Position numbers and translations under genes: made by a program. This document shows, piece after piece, positions 1-12,480 of a stretch of DNA of 64,000 bases (positions are counted from its first letter, which is position 1; every line of letters begins with the position of its first letter). This stretch comes from Rhynchobatus australiae (lineage: Eukaryota). The stretch covers positions 13,747,395-13,811,394 of the forward strand of contig JAUZTB010000069.1 of NCBI GenBank assembly GCA_034780895.1, written 5' to 3'. The notes beneath the pieces were generated by a model, which was given only the letters and a program-made list of their open reading frames with translations, ran no database searches and had not been told where the DNA came from.

Positions 1-931
1 CGCTATACTACCCTGCATACACAATAGCATGTGGGAGTCCCTGTACTAGAGGCACTGCTGCAGTTTAAGNNNNNNNNNNNNNNNNNNNNNNNNNNNNNNN
101 NNNNNNNNNNNNNNNNNNNNNNNNNNNNNNNNNNNNNNNNNNNNNNNNNNNNNNNNNNNNNNNNNNNNNGTGGGAGTCCCTGTACTAGAGGCACTGCTGC
201 AGTTTAAGAAGACAACTCATAGCACCTTGCTCAAGGGCAATAATGCTGACTTTGCCAGCAATGCCCACTTCCTGAAAAATGAATAAATAAAGATGAAGAA
301 AGGGTGTCAAGCTCATTTGGATGGGTGGGGAGGTAGGGAAGATGTTCACTCACAAATTGACCAGTTGAAATCATCAAAGAAGTTACCCTCTGATTCCATG
401 ACAACCATTGGCGCGTTCCCTGCTCTGGCAGCAATTTGGTTTTTAAAATTCTCATAATTGTATTCAAATTGCCTACAGTTTCTTGCTTCTTTATCTCCAT
501 AACCTCACCCTCACCCTTACTGCCCTTCTTTAAATCCATCCTCTTGCACATCACATACTGCACCATTGGTGACTGTGCCTTCATCTACCAAGTCCCCTGA
601 TTCTGGAATTCCCTCCCTAAACCTCTCCAGCTCCCTTCATCTCCTTCCACTTCTTGAAACCCAAGTCTTTGACCAAACTTTACGTCAGTGTCTTGATCCC
701 CCTCTGTATGAAGTTTGTTTGGTAACTTTCCCCAACAGGATGTCTTATCACATTGAAAGCTGCTGTTCACAGAAGGCTAACGTTGCAAAACAAATCTCAA
801 GTGTTTACATGCTGCCTTAACTTTCATCTTAAAACAAGTCATTAATTCAATTTTTTAAGGTATTTCTTTCCGTTGTATTTCAAGATATACTGCGGAGTAT
901 TTCATTCCTCTTTACCTGTTCTGGGACTGGC

Positions 932-1090
932 CACTGAAAATTGTTATCAAAATCAAAATAAAATCAGAAAATGTTGGAAATACTCAGCAGGTCAGCTGCA
1001 TCTGTGGGAAGAGAAACCAAGTTAGTGCTTCATGTTGAGTACCCTGCTGAGAATTTCTCGCATTTTCAGTTTTTATCACTGAAAATCGTT
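932..1090. mobile_element. Short fold-back (Penelope-like-derived) element with 14-bp TSD
   Basis: Inverted arms aaaatgttggaaatactcagcagg / cctgctgagaatttctcgcatttt, flanked by cactgaaaattgtt (932-945) and cactgaaaatcgtt (1077-1090). Confidence 0.7.
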
Positions 1091-1407
1091 CATTTGTTGT
1101 TAGAATATCTCAACCACCTATTATGCATACTTTGACAGAACACTACAATAAAGTGCAATGGTTAACTGGTAAATTATGAAGGAAAATGTTACAGTTCGTG
1201 TTTGTATTGATACAATCCTGTTGTACTGTGGGATGTAGAAGATGTTCTGTTTACACAATGCTCTGCATCCTTTTAGCCTTTCAGATGTTGGAGGCTTCAT
1301 GCACTGTTGGCTGCTGGCTGACATTGACTGTGTGGTGACCATTTTGTCACCTCCACTGAAACACTGCTTAAACCCAACCTCTTCTGGTTCCCAGTCCTTA
1401 TATGGCA

Positions 1408-1510
1408 GAAACAAATAATCTGCTGGAGGAACTCAGTGGGTCGAGCAGCATCGGTGGGAGGAAAGGAATTGTCCACGTTTCGGGTCAAAACTCTGCATCA
1501 GGACAGAGTG
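1408..1510. mobile_element. Half copy of the same fold-back family
   Basis: ctgctggaggaactcagtgggtcgagcagcatc...gtccacgtttcgggtcaaaactctgcatcagga is shared with the other copies. Confidence 0.6.
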
Positions 1511-3181
1511 GGGAGGCAAGATGGCCGGTATAAAGAGAAGGGGGGTGGTGAGAAGGGAAACCGAGGTGATTGTTGGACTGAGGAGGGGTGTAAGATGGCA
1601 GGAAGGTACTTCCGGGGAGGGGAGTTGGGATGGAGTTGGAAGACAGTGGCAGGTGAATGACAGATGGAGGCAGACAACGAGAGAGAGGGAAGAGGGAAAA
1701 AGATAAAAGGATGAACATCAGGGCATTATCTCCCACACTGTCACAGATCTCATTACATCAGGAGATCGCCCCACCACAGTCTCTAACCTGATAGTGCCTC
1801 AACCCTGCACTTCCCACTTTTATCTCTCAACTAAAATCCACAGACAGGATTGTCATGGTAGGCCCATTGTTTCTGCCAACTGCCCCCTTGGCAGAGGTGG
1901 GTGTTATTAGAGTGATAACTCTCCAGTGGCACTTTTGAATGTGTATGGTACTGTACAGATGTGAGCATTATCACAGTCACTCCGAATGCTGCCAGCACCC
2001 AGGAATCTGCAGCAGTTGCTTTGGTGTTGTGGCTGAATGGGCATTCTTCCCAGTGTGAGCAAACTTCTCCGAGGCGGTGCTGATAATTGTGCAGGGCTGG
2101 GTGTTTCATAATCTGAAGACCAGCTCCACAGATTAGTCAGTGCTGTAAAGTGCAGCAGAACAGGAGCAGCAAGAACCTCTGCAGAGCACAGAAGTCGGGA
2201 CTCGTTGGTGCAGCGGTATCTCCAGATTACTGGGAAATCACCAGTAGTCCAAGATAACAACAAGGGTGTTCTCCATGCACAGTGCATTACTCTTCCATCC
2301 ACAAAACCTGTAACGTCTAAACAACACTTCCTCTGTTCTGACTTTTGTCTCGCACTTCATTGCATACTCTTCCTTATGTTTGGGCATCCGACATTTCCAG
2401 TTGGTTTTGGATAGCTCCACAGAAATGAATTAATTCTGTCTCACTCCTGGATTCCACAGTAACCCCATCACTGATGAGCAAATTCTTCAACTCTAAGAAA
2501 CTGTGGCTAACCATTCTCCCTCCATTACAGATGTACAGAATGCATTCTCCAAAGTCTGATTGGTTGACTTCATGCCAAGGTACAATTCTCCCTTATGACC
2601 AGTTCGTACAGTAACACCTTTCCCTATGTCTTCTTTGGTTTATCTGAGAAAGACAGCTCAATATGTAGTGTAACCTCTTCCCACTATTCTTTAGACTGAA
2701 TACTTGCCTGGAAATCCAGCAGCTTTGGTGTCTTTATTTGCTCCTCAAGCACCATCTCTACTGAATGATGCACCTCACTGCCTCAGTGCATGTTCACCTG
2801 TTAACTCAGCTGTGAGGGATTTCACCAGGTACGTGATATTCAGATTCTGCCATGGCATCTGCGTTCCATTGCTTCATCAACAAAAAGACCTTATGGTCTG
2901 ATTAAATTACAGGAAAGTAGCCAGTAATTCAAGCTAACAGCAGTGGTATTTGATTAAATAAAATAAAAACTTACGGTGTCCAGACAGCATTTCTTGCTGT
3001 GGTTTCCTCCATAGAGGCAGAGTACTGGAACTTTCCATAGTAAACATTGCAGTGACAACAGGGAGAGCACTTCGTCACACAATACACTTTTGGAAATGGT
3101 ATCGTCTTAAAACAGCTGGGAATATTTCCAACCCTTATTATATATGGCACATTACACTGGAAATGAGGACATACCTCATTT

Positions 3182-3552
3182 AGGTTATCAAGAAGGCAGG
3201 TGGAATGTTGGCCTCCATTGCTAGAGGGATTGAATTTAAGAGCAGGGAGGTTATGCTGCAACTGTACGGGGTGCTGGTGAGACTGCACCTGGATACTGCA
3301 TGCAGTTCTGGTCTCCTTACTTGGGAAGTGATATGCTGGCTTTGGAGGCGGTGCAGAGGAGGTTCACCAGGTTGATTCTGGAGATGAGGGGGTTAGACTA
3401 TGAGGAGAGATCGAGTCGCCTGGGGCTGTACTCACTGGAACTCAGAAGAATGAGAGGGAATCTAAGAGAAACATATAAAATTATGAAAGGGATAGATAAG
3501 AGAGAGGCAGGAAAGTTGTTTCCACTGGTAGGTGAGACTAGAACCAGGGGAC
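3182..3552 (+). mobile_element. CR1-clade LINE, 3' ORF2 fragment (runs into N gap)
   Basis: The translation QFWSPYL..D..ALEAVQRRFTRLI..MRGLDYEER..RLGLYSLE.RRMRG is the CR1 ORF2 C-terminus. Confidence 0.9.
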
Positions 3553-6500
3553 NNNNNNNNNNNNNNNNNNNNNNNNNNNNNNNNNNNNNNNNNNNNNNNN
3601 NNNNNNNNNNNNNNNNNNNNNNNNNNNNNNNNNNNNNNNNNNNNNNNNNNNNNNNNNNNNNNNNNNNNNNNNNNNNNNNNNNNNNNNNNNNNNNNNNNNN
3701 NNNNNNNNNNNNNNNNNNNNNNNNNNNNNNNNNNNNNNNNNNNNNNNNNNNNNNNNNNNNNNNNNNNNNNNNNNNNNNNNNNNNNNNNNNNNNNNNNNNN
3801 NNNNNNNNNNNNNNNNNNNNNNNNNNNNNNNNNNNNNGTCCTTATGACCTCAAAAAGCAGTTAAAATCCACTCTGAACATAAGAAAATAAGAAATCGACC
3901 CTAGAATATATCATACAACACTTTGAGCCTTCTCAGCCACTTCACAAAATTGTGAAAAATCACAAGCTTCAAATCCACTTTTCTACCCAAGCCCTATAAC
4001 TGAAGACTTTCTTTGAGATTACAGCTGCAGATTTTTGAGAGAAAATGTTAACTAGTAAGAAAATAGAGAGTACTGGCAGGAAACTAACTGAAAAGGAAGA
4101 CCAAATTTTGAGCCAGACATTTGGAAGTTGAGGACAGTTTAATCCTTTATCAAAGGTGTGACTTGAGTTGAGCTCCACCAAAACCTTTCCCTTAGCATCC
4201 AACGGCTTGGCTTCTGTGCTAGTTGATATGTTCAAGTACTGATTATCTAACCCTAAATGGCCAAACATCCTTGTTCCCCAGGGGCAATGGCCAAATAACA
4301 TACTGTACCACTGGACAAACAATATCCTGGATTGCTTGCCCCATGGATCAAACTTTGTTTGGTCACTGAGACCTTGGCTGTTTGGAGCCTTCATGGAGGT
4401 CAATATTTAAAAATGTTGCTGGAAATGAAATTTTTTCCAGGTTGGATTTCATTTTCCTCATAGTTCTTGGTCTGGCAACTATGCCCAGAAAGTGGGAATG
4501 TATGGTCACAGTATCAAAGCGATTGGAAGTCTTGACAGGTTTTCTACTATTGTCTACTCTCAGGTGCTATTAAGTGGAATTAATTTTAACTTTTAAAATA
4601 AATTTTTCATGCTGGATGGTGAAAACATTCTGTTCCCATTGCTCTACCTTTCAAAAACCTTAGGACTTATGCAATGTAACATTTCTAAACCTATCTTCCT
4701 CATTAAGATTGCTTTCAAAAGTTCTTTAATTTAAGAATATAGATATGGTATTGAATTTGCAAAGCTAGTACTGCAGGTGTTTTGGTGAACTTTGCCAGTA
4801 TACCCTGCAGCGAGCTTGTCTCTTCCTTAATGAGTAACTAGAAACTCCCAAAACGCCCAGAGAGTGAGGCAGGGAGTAGAAGGAAGGACAAGGAAGAGAA
4901 TCAGGGCAATATTCCAAAACCAAGACGTTCAGCCAGAATTGCTAAACTGTACCCACTGGCCAAGGCCCAAATGCACCCCAGTCCTTTCATTGGTTCACAG
5001 GGCTCCTGGACTGTGAAGACAACACATCTGGGTGGTGTTCCTGTATTAGTCATAAACACTGTGTGTGTTTGTGTGTGTTCACACACTTCAGTGGCTCATT
5101 GTCACATTTGTAACAATGAAAAGCACTTTTTTCCCTTTATTTTATAAGTTAAAATGTAAGCTGCTAGAAGTATTTTCCAGACTACCCCTACAATGGCTAT
5201 TAAGCTGCACTCCACCCTACATGCCCTAGATTAGCTTAGAAAACATCATCTCCCTATAAACACCATGACGCCCATTGGTAACTCTTGCTCCACCTACTGG
5301 TTACCAATAATATTGTTGAACCATGTACACATTTTTTAAAGATGATCTCATTGATTTAGAAACTGAGTGTAAGACCACATTTCAGCTATTTGGGATGCCG
5401 GACCCCTGACATGATTTCACTAAGAGATACTTCCCTTCACCCCTGCTCTTCACTTTCCCTCATCGCTTGACCTTTCTTTCTGTTGCAGGGAAAGGTTAAT
5501 GCCCAGCTTCCACCATGGACTCTCACCGATGCACTGATTACATTACCTCTCACCCTGCTTCCTGCAACTGTTTCCCCCATTCTTCCACATCTTCCATCTC
5601 TTCCAGGATGCCAATTTCCATACTGGTATTTCCAGTATATCTTCATTTTTCCTTAACTCTGGATTTACCTCTACCATAGTTCCAGAGCCCACAACTGGGT
5701 CCACATTTCCCACACTTCTACATAGGTTGGAGCTGCTCTCATCCAGGCAAGTGGGAAATAAACCATTGCACTCGTGATTTGTGCCTGTAGATGGTGGAAA
5801 GGCTTCGGGGTGTGAGGAAATGAGTCACTCACTATAGAATACCAGCCTCTGACCTGCTCTTGTAGCCACACTAATTATGTGGCTGGTCCAGTCACGTTTC
5901 TGGTCAGTGGTGACCCCAGGGTGTTAATGCTGGTGTATTTGGCAGTGGTAAACTCATTGAGTTTCAAAGGTGAGCGGTTACACTATTGTTGGAGATGGTC
6001 ATTGCCTGAAATTTCTGTGGCATGAATCTCACTTGTTTCTCTCAGTTCATGCCTGAATGTTGTAATTGGTTATAAAATGTTTTGGGATGTTCTGAGCTAA
6101 ATTATATACTAAATTATAAAGCTTTTGAAAGAAACTTAAAATTCCTGAGTGTACTTCTCATACTTAGCTTGTTGAGGTCCTTTTGCTGCTCAGCCTGAGA
6201 GACTACACCTACACAAGTGTAACTGGATGGAGCATTGTCTTTGCAATAACCTTGCACTACATTATGCCCAATGCATTAGCCACAGTACAGTGAGAGATGC
6301 TGTATTTGTTACTTTTCAGGTCAGTGTACTCTAAGCCCACCTCCCCAAAATGGATTACCCGGTGATTCATCTCATTATTCTTTGTGCGATTTTGGGAGAG
6401 TTCTGGATTTTCTCTGCCATAGAATTTTCTGCTGAAAGTTTCCCCTCTCGGTGGCAGAACAGAGCCAGGGTGTGCTGCTCGCCCCAGAAGGAGTGATAAT

Positions 6501-8171
6501 CCTGCGTCAAAGGTTTAACACCCACATGGAAAAAGAGCTGTGGAAATAAGCTCAATCCGGTCAGCTTTCCTCTTCAGGATACTTCCACCACCATCTCCCT
6601 ATCACCCCTTCCCATGCTCTGGGACATCCTTCTATTGCTGGATGACATGGATTGAAACTCAGGGTGAAGGAGGCTGGAGGCACCTCACCCAGTTGGTCAT
6701 ATTTGGGTACAGACTCGGCACAGGGCGGGGACCTATCCCACCCCCCTTCCTAATGGAAAGGGGGTCCTCCCCCAATATATCTCTGATTTTTGGAATTGCT
6801 GCTCCAGTTTCTGTGTGGGCTGTTTAGAAACTCCTAATATATGAATAGTCACCCGAAGTGTCTACCTTTCCAGTTGTCCCGCTTAGTCGGACCAGGTGAA
6901 GACAATCATGAAGCTTTTACTGACAGCAAAGCAGACAGCAGCCCCCCCCGCCCTGAGTTGACGCCGGGGTAGATGTGGAGGTCATGGCTTTAGCTCCTTC
7001 GTGAAATGACTCTCAACAATCCATCGCAGAAAAAGTGGAGACCCATACCAGATATGCCCGTTCCCCATCACTAGATGTCACTTGGCTGCATGGGGAGTGG
7101 AGGAGATCTCCTCAGAGACCTGGCCTGTATTTACTTCTCAGCCAATATCACTGAACAGAAACCAGATAATGACAAGGGTTTGTGCTGTCCACAAATGCTG
7201 TCAGGTTTCCTACATTTACAATAGTGACTGCACATCTGAAGTACCAAGTAGCCTGTAAAGTGGTTTGGGACTTCCTGAGGTTGAGAAAGCTGCTATAGAA
7301 ATGCATGCTCTTTCACTCTTTTTTTCCTTGTCTTTCTTACAATTTATGCCGACCTGAAAGTTAGACCAGACTGGGATGCAATTCACCCTGCTCACACCTC
7401 CTTGATACGAGTGCGTTCACCTTTAAGAACGGAGTGTTTGATGAGTGTTGACTTTTGATACATTGTTCTACCAGCCACTGCTGTTAGCTGGCAGTTGTCT
7501 GCCTTCAGTAAAGGATATTGATTGGTGATTCTGCCTCTGGTATTTGCTTTAGTAGGCAGTGCCAAAGAGCCCTCAGCCCCATATTTCCCCCTCACTCCCT
7601 ATCCTATTGCTTATCTCTGAGTATCTTTGTGTTTGTTCTTCTCCCTTGCATGTGCAAACGTGAGTTCAGAATGACACTTGCAAGGTATCATTCCAGCAGT
7701 TACATTGTGTGGGCTTGCAGTAGGGAGGGATGATAGCCTGGTAGGTGGGAGGGAATGGGTTACACAGCGTCCTGGTAGAATCTCCAGGTATGGTGTCAAT
7801 GCCAAATATCTGAAACCTCGGCAGAATGCTGCAGCAACACTCCGGCACAGCTACGGAGCCAAAAAGTAAAATCTACCAGAGTTTGCAAAGCACATTTCCA
7901 CCTGGAGCTTGTATTTGATGTGTTTGCTGCTGGACAATCTGTTTTCTCCTACAGCTAATGAAAAGAATACTGTGTGAGTTGTGCCATGAAATATTGCNNN
8001 NNNNNNNNNNNNNNNNNNNNNNNNNNNNNNNNNNNNNNNNNNNNNNNNNNNNNNNNNNNNNNNNNNNNNNNNNNNNNNNNNNNNNNNNNNNNNNNNNNNN
8101 NNNNNNNNNNNNNNNNNNNNNNNNNNNNNNNNNNNNNNNNNNNNNNNNNNNNNNNNNNNNNNNNNNNNNNN

Positions 8172-8550
8172 CGTGTGTGGGCATGTGGGATTTTGTGCGT
8201 GTGTGGGCATGTGGGAGTTTGTGTGTGTGTATATTGGTATGTGAGTATATATGTGTGTGTGTGCATTGGTATTTGAGAGTTTGTGTGCGTTGGCATGTGA
8301 ATGTGTGTGTATGGGGGCATGGGTTCTTGTGTGTGCATTGGCATGTGAGTGTGNNNNNNNNNNNNNNNNNNNNNNNNNNNNNNNNNNNNNNNNNNNNNNN
8401 NNNNNNNNNNNNNNNNNNNNNNNNNNNNNNNNNNNNNNNNNNNNNNNNNNNNNTGTGTGTGCATTGGCATGTGAGTGTGTGTGTGTGTGGGGGGGGAACA
8501 TGTGAATGTATAGGGATGTGTGTGTATGTGTGTGTGTGGGGAGGGGGGGC
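8172..8550. repeat. Degenerate TG-rich low-complexity repeat (gtgtgcattggcatgtga units), interrupted by an N gap
   Basis: Read directly. Confidence 0.9.
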
Positions 8551-10031
8551 ATACACTCCTGTGAATGACATCGTCCTGTTCAATGTCCTATTCCTTGGGC
8601 AAAACCTTAGGATGAAGAAATGTTCTTCACTACCCCAGCACATTTACAGTTGCCATCCCAGGAATGCCTCAGAATCTACAAGATTTTGATTAATTCCAGG
8701 AAATCTCCAGGAGAAAACTTCAGGAAAAAATAATTTTATTTAAAAAATGTTTTCCAATCCTTTTTTTCTGTTATAAAAATCAGAGCATGGGTAAAAGGCT
8801 GTTTGGCTGATGGTCAGGTATTAGCCAATCAGATAATAGTTGTTTGCTAATTGGTGTTAGAAGATAGGTTTGATGTGTTGGCTGACCAATGGTGATCATG
8901 GGGGCGGAACAGGTGGAGGCAGCAGGTGTTGTGACAAAGCCTTCTTGAATATGACCGACCATGGTTGACAGTCTTTTCCTTGCAAGAACAGGATGAAGCC
9001 GATTGATTACCATAAAACATAGGAGCAGAATCAGGCCATTTGGCCCATCGAGTCTCCTCTGCCATTCAATCATGGCTGATGATTACAGGACCACTGCACT
9101 CTGTGCAGACCTCATACTAAAGTGGCTACCCAAGGCACTAAAAGCTTTCGCTCATCTGATCTGTGCCTGTCACTGAGTCCAAAGGTTATGAGTTCAAATC
9201 CCATTCTATGCTTATAGTTGTGGCATGAAGCTTCTTTAGCTCTGTTGGGCAGTTATATCTCTCAAAATTCTTTATTTCAGGTTACATTATCTTCCACATG
9301 TTTTATAGTGTTAACTGGTTGATGATAACAACATTGACCTAACTTTTTCTGGCATGTTTGGATTTCAATTTTTTTTTAAATTAACTTTGTAAAATTTAAC
9401 ACTGCCACACTGAGGTTTGGACAGAGGTGGAAAATGAGGGGGTTGTGGAGTTTTATGAGCTGGCTGCCCCATTTTGATTTCCAGTGCTTTAAATGGATCC
9501 AGTGTTACTTTAATTCGTTTTAACCCCGTCTCTAACATGACTTTCCCCATACCACACATTTTGAGTAGCCAGTCACCAGGAACTGTCTGCCAGAGCACCA
9601 TCTGAGCTACTCTTGAGAGTAGTCTGTCTGTGCCCCAGGAATGAGCCTGCTCCCCTTCGATCATTCCTCTCTGCGGGGGACTGTCTGGAATCAGCCCAAG
9701 GCTTTCCCTCCATCCACCCAACCTCATTCCCCTCATCTGCTCACGGTGGTGTGGGAATCAACATAGGGGAAATAGCTGGCATCTAGATGCATTCCTTTAA
9801 CCATGAGTGAATCGGTTNNNNNNNNNNNNNNNNNNNNNNNNNNNNNNNNNNNNNNNNNNNNNNNNNNNNNNNNNNNNNNNNNNNNNNNNNNNNNNNNNNN
9901 NNNNNNNNNNNNNNNNNNNNNNNNNNNNNNNNNNNNNNNNNNNNNNNNNNNNNNNNNNNNNNNNNNNNNNNNNNNNNNNNNNNNNNNNNNNNNNNNNNNN
10001 NNNNNNNNNNNNNNNNNNNNNNNNNNNNNNN

Positions 10032-10101
<70 letters not shown>
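10032..10101. repeat. (CA)n microsatellite at gap edge
   Basis: Read directly. Confidence 0.98.
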
Positions 10102-10103
<2 letters not shown>

Positions 10104-12229
10104 CAGCACAGTGTGGCAATTTGGAGCCACATATGAAATCAACCAGCTACAGACACTCGTTCAAATGTGTAAGAAATTATAATCTCGGTACTAAGTAACT
10201 GTGCTTCACAATAGGGGATACTGTGTGATTTAAAGAGTACCAGATGTTGGCAATTGGAGGGTTAATGAAAAAGAATGTGCTTTCTTGTCTATAATTGTAG
10301 TCTTTAGCATGTCAGTCGTTTGCCTCATTCTGTTGATCTATGGAATACTTCTACATCTGCAGGAAGTCACTACTGAGCCAGTTAATGGATCCAGATGTTG
10401 TGAGCCCACATGGTTCTGTGTTAACATTAGCAGGGAGACTCAATCAGGGACTGAGTCACAGGCACTGAGGCAGAGATTGGGTATCTCGGTCTCACTGTTT
10501 CTCAGAGGGTGATACACACACAATGGTTTTATTCACCTTCTCCATTCCTCTCCTCAAACACATAGACAGAGTAAGAACCAGACTGAAATGCAGAGGAAGA
10601 GACCAATTCCTTGATATTTATTTTGTTAAAGAAAAGGAGGAGGGAATGTAACAAGAGAGGCTAAGAGACCGAAAGATAATGGAGAATAAAAAGAAATATG
10701 GAGACAGACGAGGAATGAACGAGGCAGGGAATGAGAAAGAGAGATTCTGGGAAGCTGAGGAGGTGCTTTCAGCTTATTGCTGGAATGTAAGACCAGCTCT
10801 GTGGGTTGACTCCCATTATAGAAACCGCCTGTTTATTTTTCCTGTGAACCAACGAAAAGGATAATTAGGCAGCTTCTATAATGGACTTCTGACCCACAAC
10901 ACCAGTTGAAAGTTGCCCTCAGAATGTGTCAAATACAGGAGTATCTCAGTGAGAGTGTCAGAAATATTTAGAATCTGAAGCCAGGACCACATTTTGGCAT
11001 TGAGTGAATAGCTGAAGCAACGTCAAACAGCTTCCCCTTCCCCCTTCCTCTTTTCTCTCCAGACACATGCCCCTCATTATTTTTCTTTCCTCTGCACAGT
11101 CTGGAGTTGCCGACCCTCTCGCTTTGTCTTGGAGACCTCGGGAATGAAATATTCATCTTATGGGCATCACTTGGAGTTAACTTTCTTTCAATGCCTCCAT
11201 TTGCTGGTCATTAAAAATCTAGGAAATGGGGAGCAGGGAGGCAAGAAAGGTCAATTTTGACTGGCTGGAAGGAGTTGGGAGGGCATGGAATGAAATCTCT
11301 GGGAACATGCCCAGCCATGGTGGCCAATCCAGAAAGCCCTGTCTACAATGCTCGCTGCATAGCACTCATCTATCAGCCCCCTTCCTTGCCAATATTTGTC
11401 TCCTTTTCAATTAAATAACTGGAGTCCTTTAACACGTTGAGCATGGAACTGTTGGGAATGAAAATAACTACTCCATTTACTTTAATCTGGTGACCTGAAT
11501 TCTTATGAAGGACAACATTGGCTGATAATGACGTCTCTCATCCCAGAAAGAATCAGCCAGTGCCCAATGCCCCCACAACTACCTTTATACCTTCCAATTT
11601 CTGGTTCCTTTCCGGAGTGGGTGACCCCTATCGGCCCATTCAGACTGACCCGCCATTATCTCAGTGAAGACAAGGGAAGCTCCCAGGAATAATTTCCACC
11701 TTTACCCTTCTTTTTAACCTCCTTCGACCCTCACCAAACCCTCCCACACTACATCACCACTAGAACTGAGGGTCCGGTGCCCACTTGTGCACCTGAGCTG
11801 ACACCAGCTAATTCAACATGGGACCTGGAATCCAGCCAATGATTTTGCTGAGGAGAGTGTTTAGAGGAATGGCTGTGGAGTAAGTGGGGAGCCAAGGAGG
11901 GTGGTGAGGGGAAACGTAGTCATTAAAAGAATATGTAGTAGTTTTCCAGTGGGTTAATTCCACAGGCATTCACCAGCTTGTCATTTGTGGTTAGATTGTC
12001 GGGTTAATTTTGTACACTAATGGTGGCTCATCATTTGTCATGATGCATCAGGAATTCTAAAAGGGCATGTGTGAAGCATTTGGTCATTCGGTGCACATTG
12101 CTAGTTAAATAATAAATGCTACCACTAGAGGAGAACCATTTGAAAGAGAAAGCTCTGATTTTGCACTGATTTGGACATCGACTACCAACTGAGGGAAGTG
12201 TTGGGGGACTGCGGTGGCGAGGGGACATC

Positions 12230-12480
12230 AGTAGGTTGTGCATTCAAGATCCACTCCAGAAGATCCAGGTTGACATTCCAGAGTAGAACTGAGCAGCTCC
12301 TGCACTGTCAGAAGTGCCGTCTTTCAGATGAGACAACAAGCCTCGGCTCTGTTGACGCTGTCGGAGCTGAAGTGATTCTGGACAGTGTTCAATGTCCATT
12401 TCAGAGATGATCTGGTTATTATCTCACTACTTTGCCTGGGATCTTGCTATGTGTACACTGGTTGATAACACTGTGGCAAA
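12230..12480 (+). mobile_element. Deu-domain SINE remnant (SacSINE1/AmnSINE1-like)
   Basis: ctgcactgtcagaagtgccgtctttcagatgagac resembles the Deu core as I recall it. Related copies lie near 14270-14400 (-), 25225-25560 and 47660-47900. Confidence 0.6.

Noticed and set aside
1396-1405. Perfect CArG box CCTTATATGG
   Set aside because: Single short motif next to a repeat, with no supporting context.
7851-10198. Long His/Thr- or Cys/Val-rich ORFs
   Set aside because: They are translations of (CA)/(TG) repeats and N runs.
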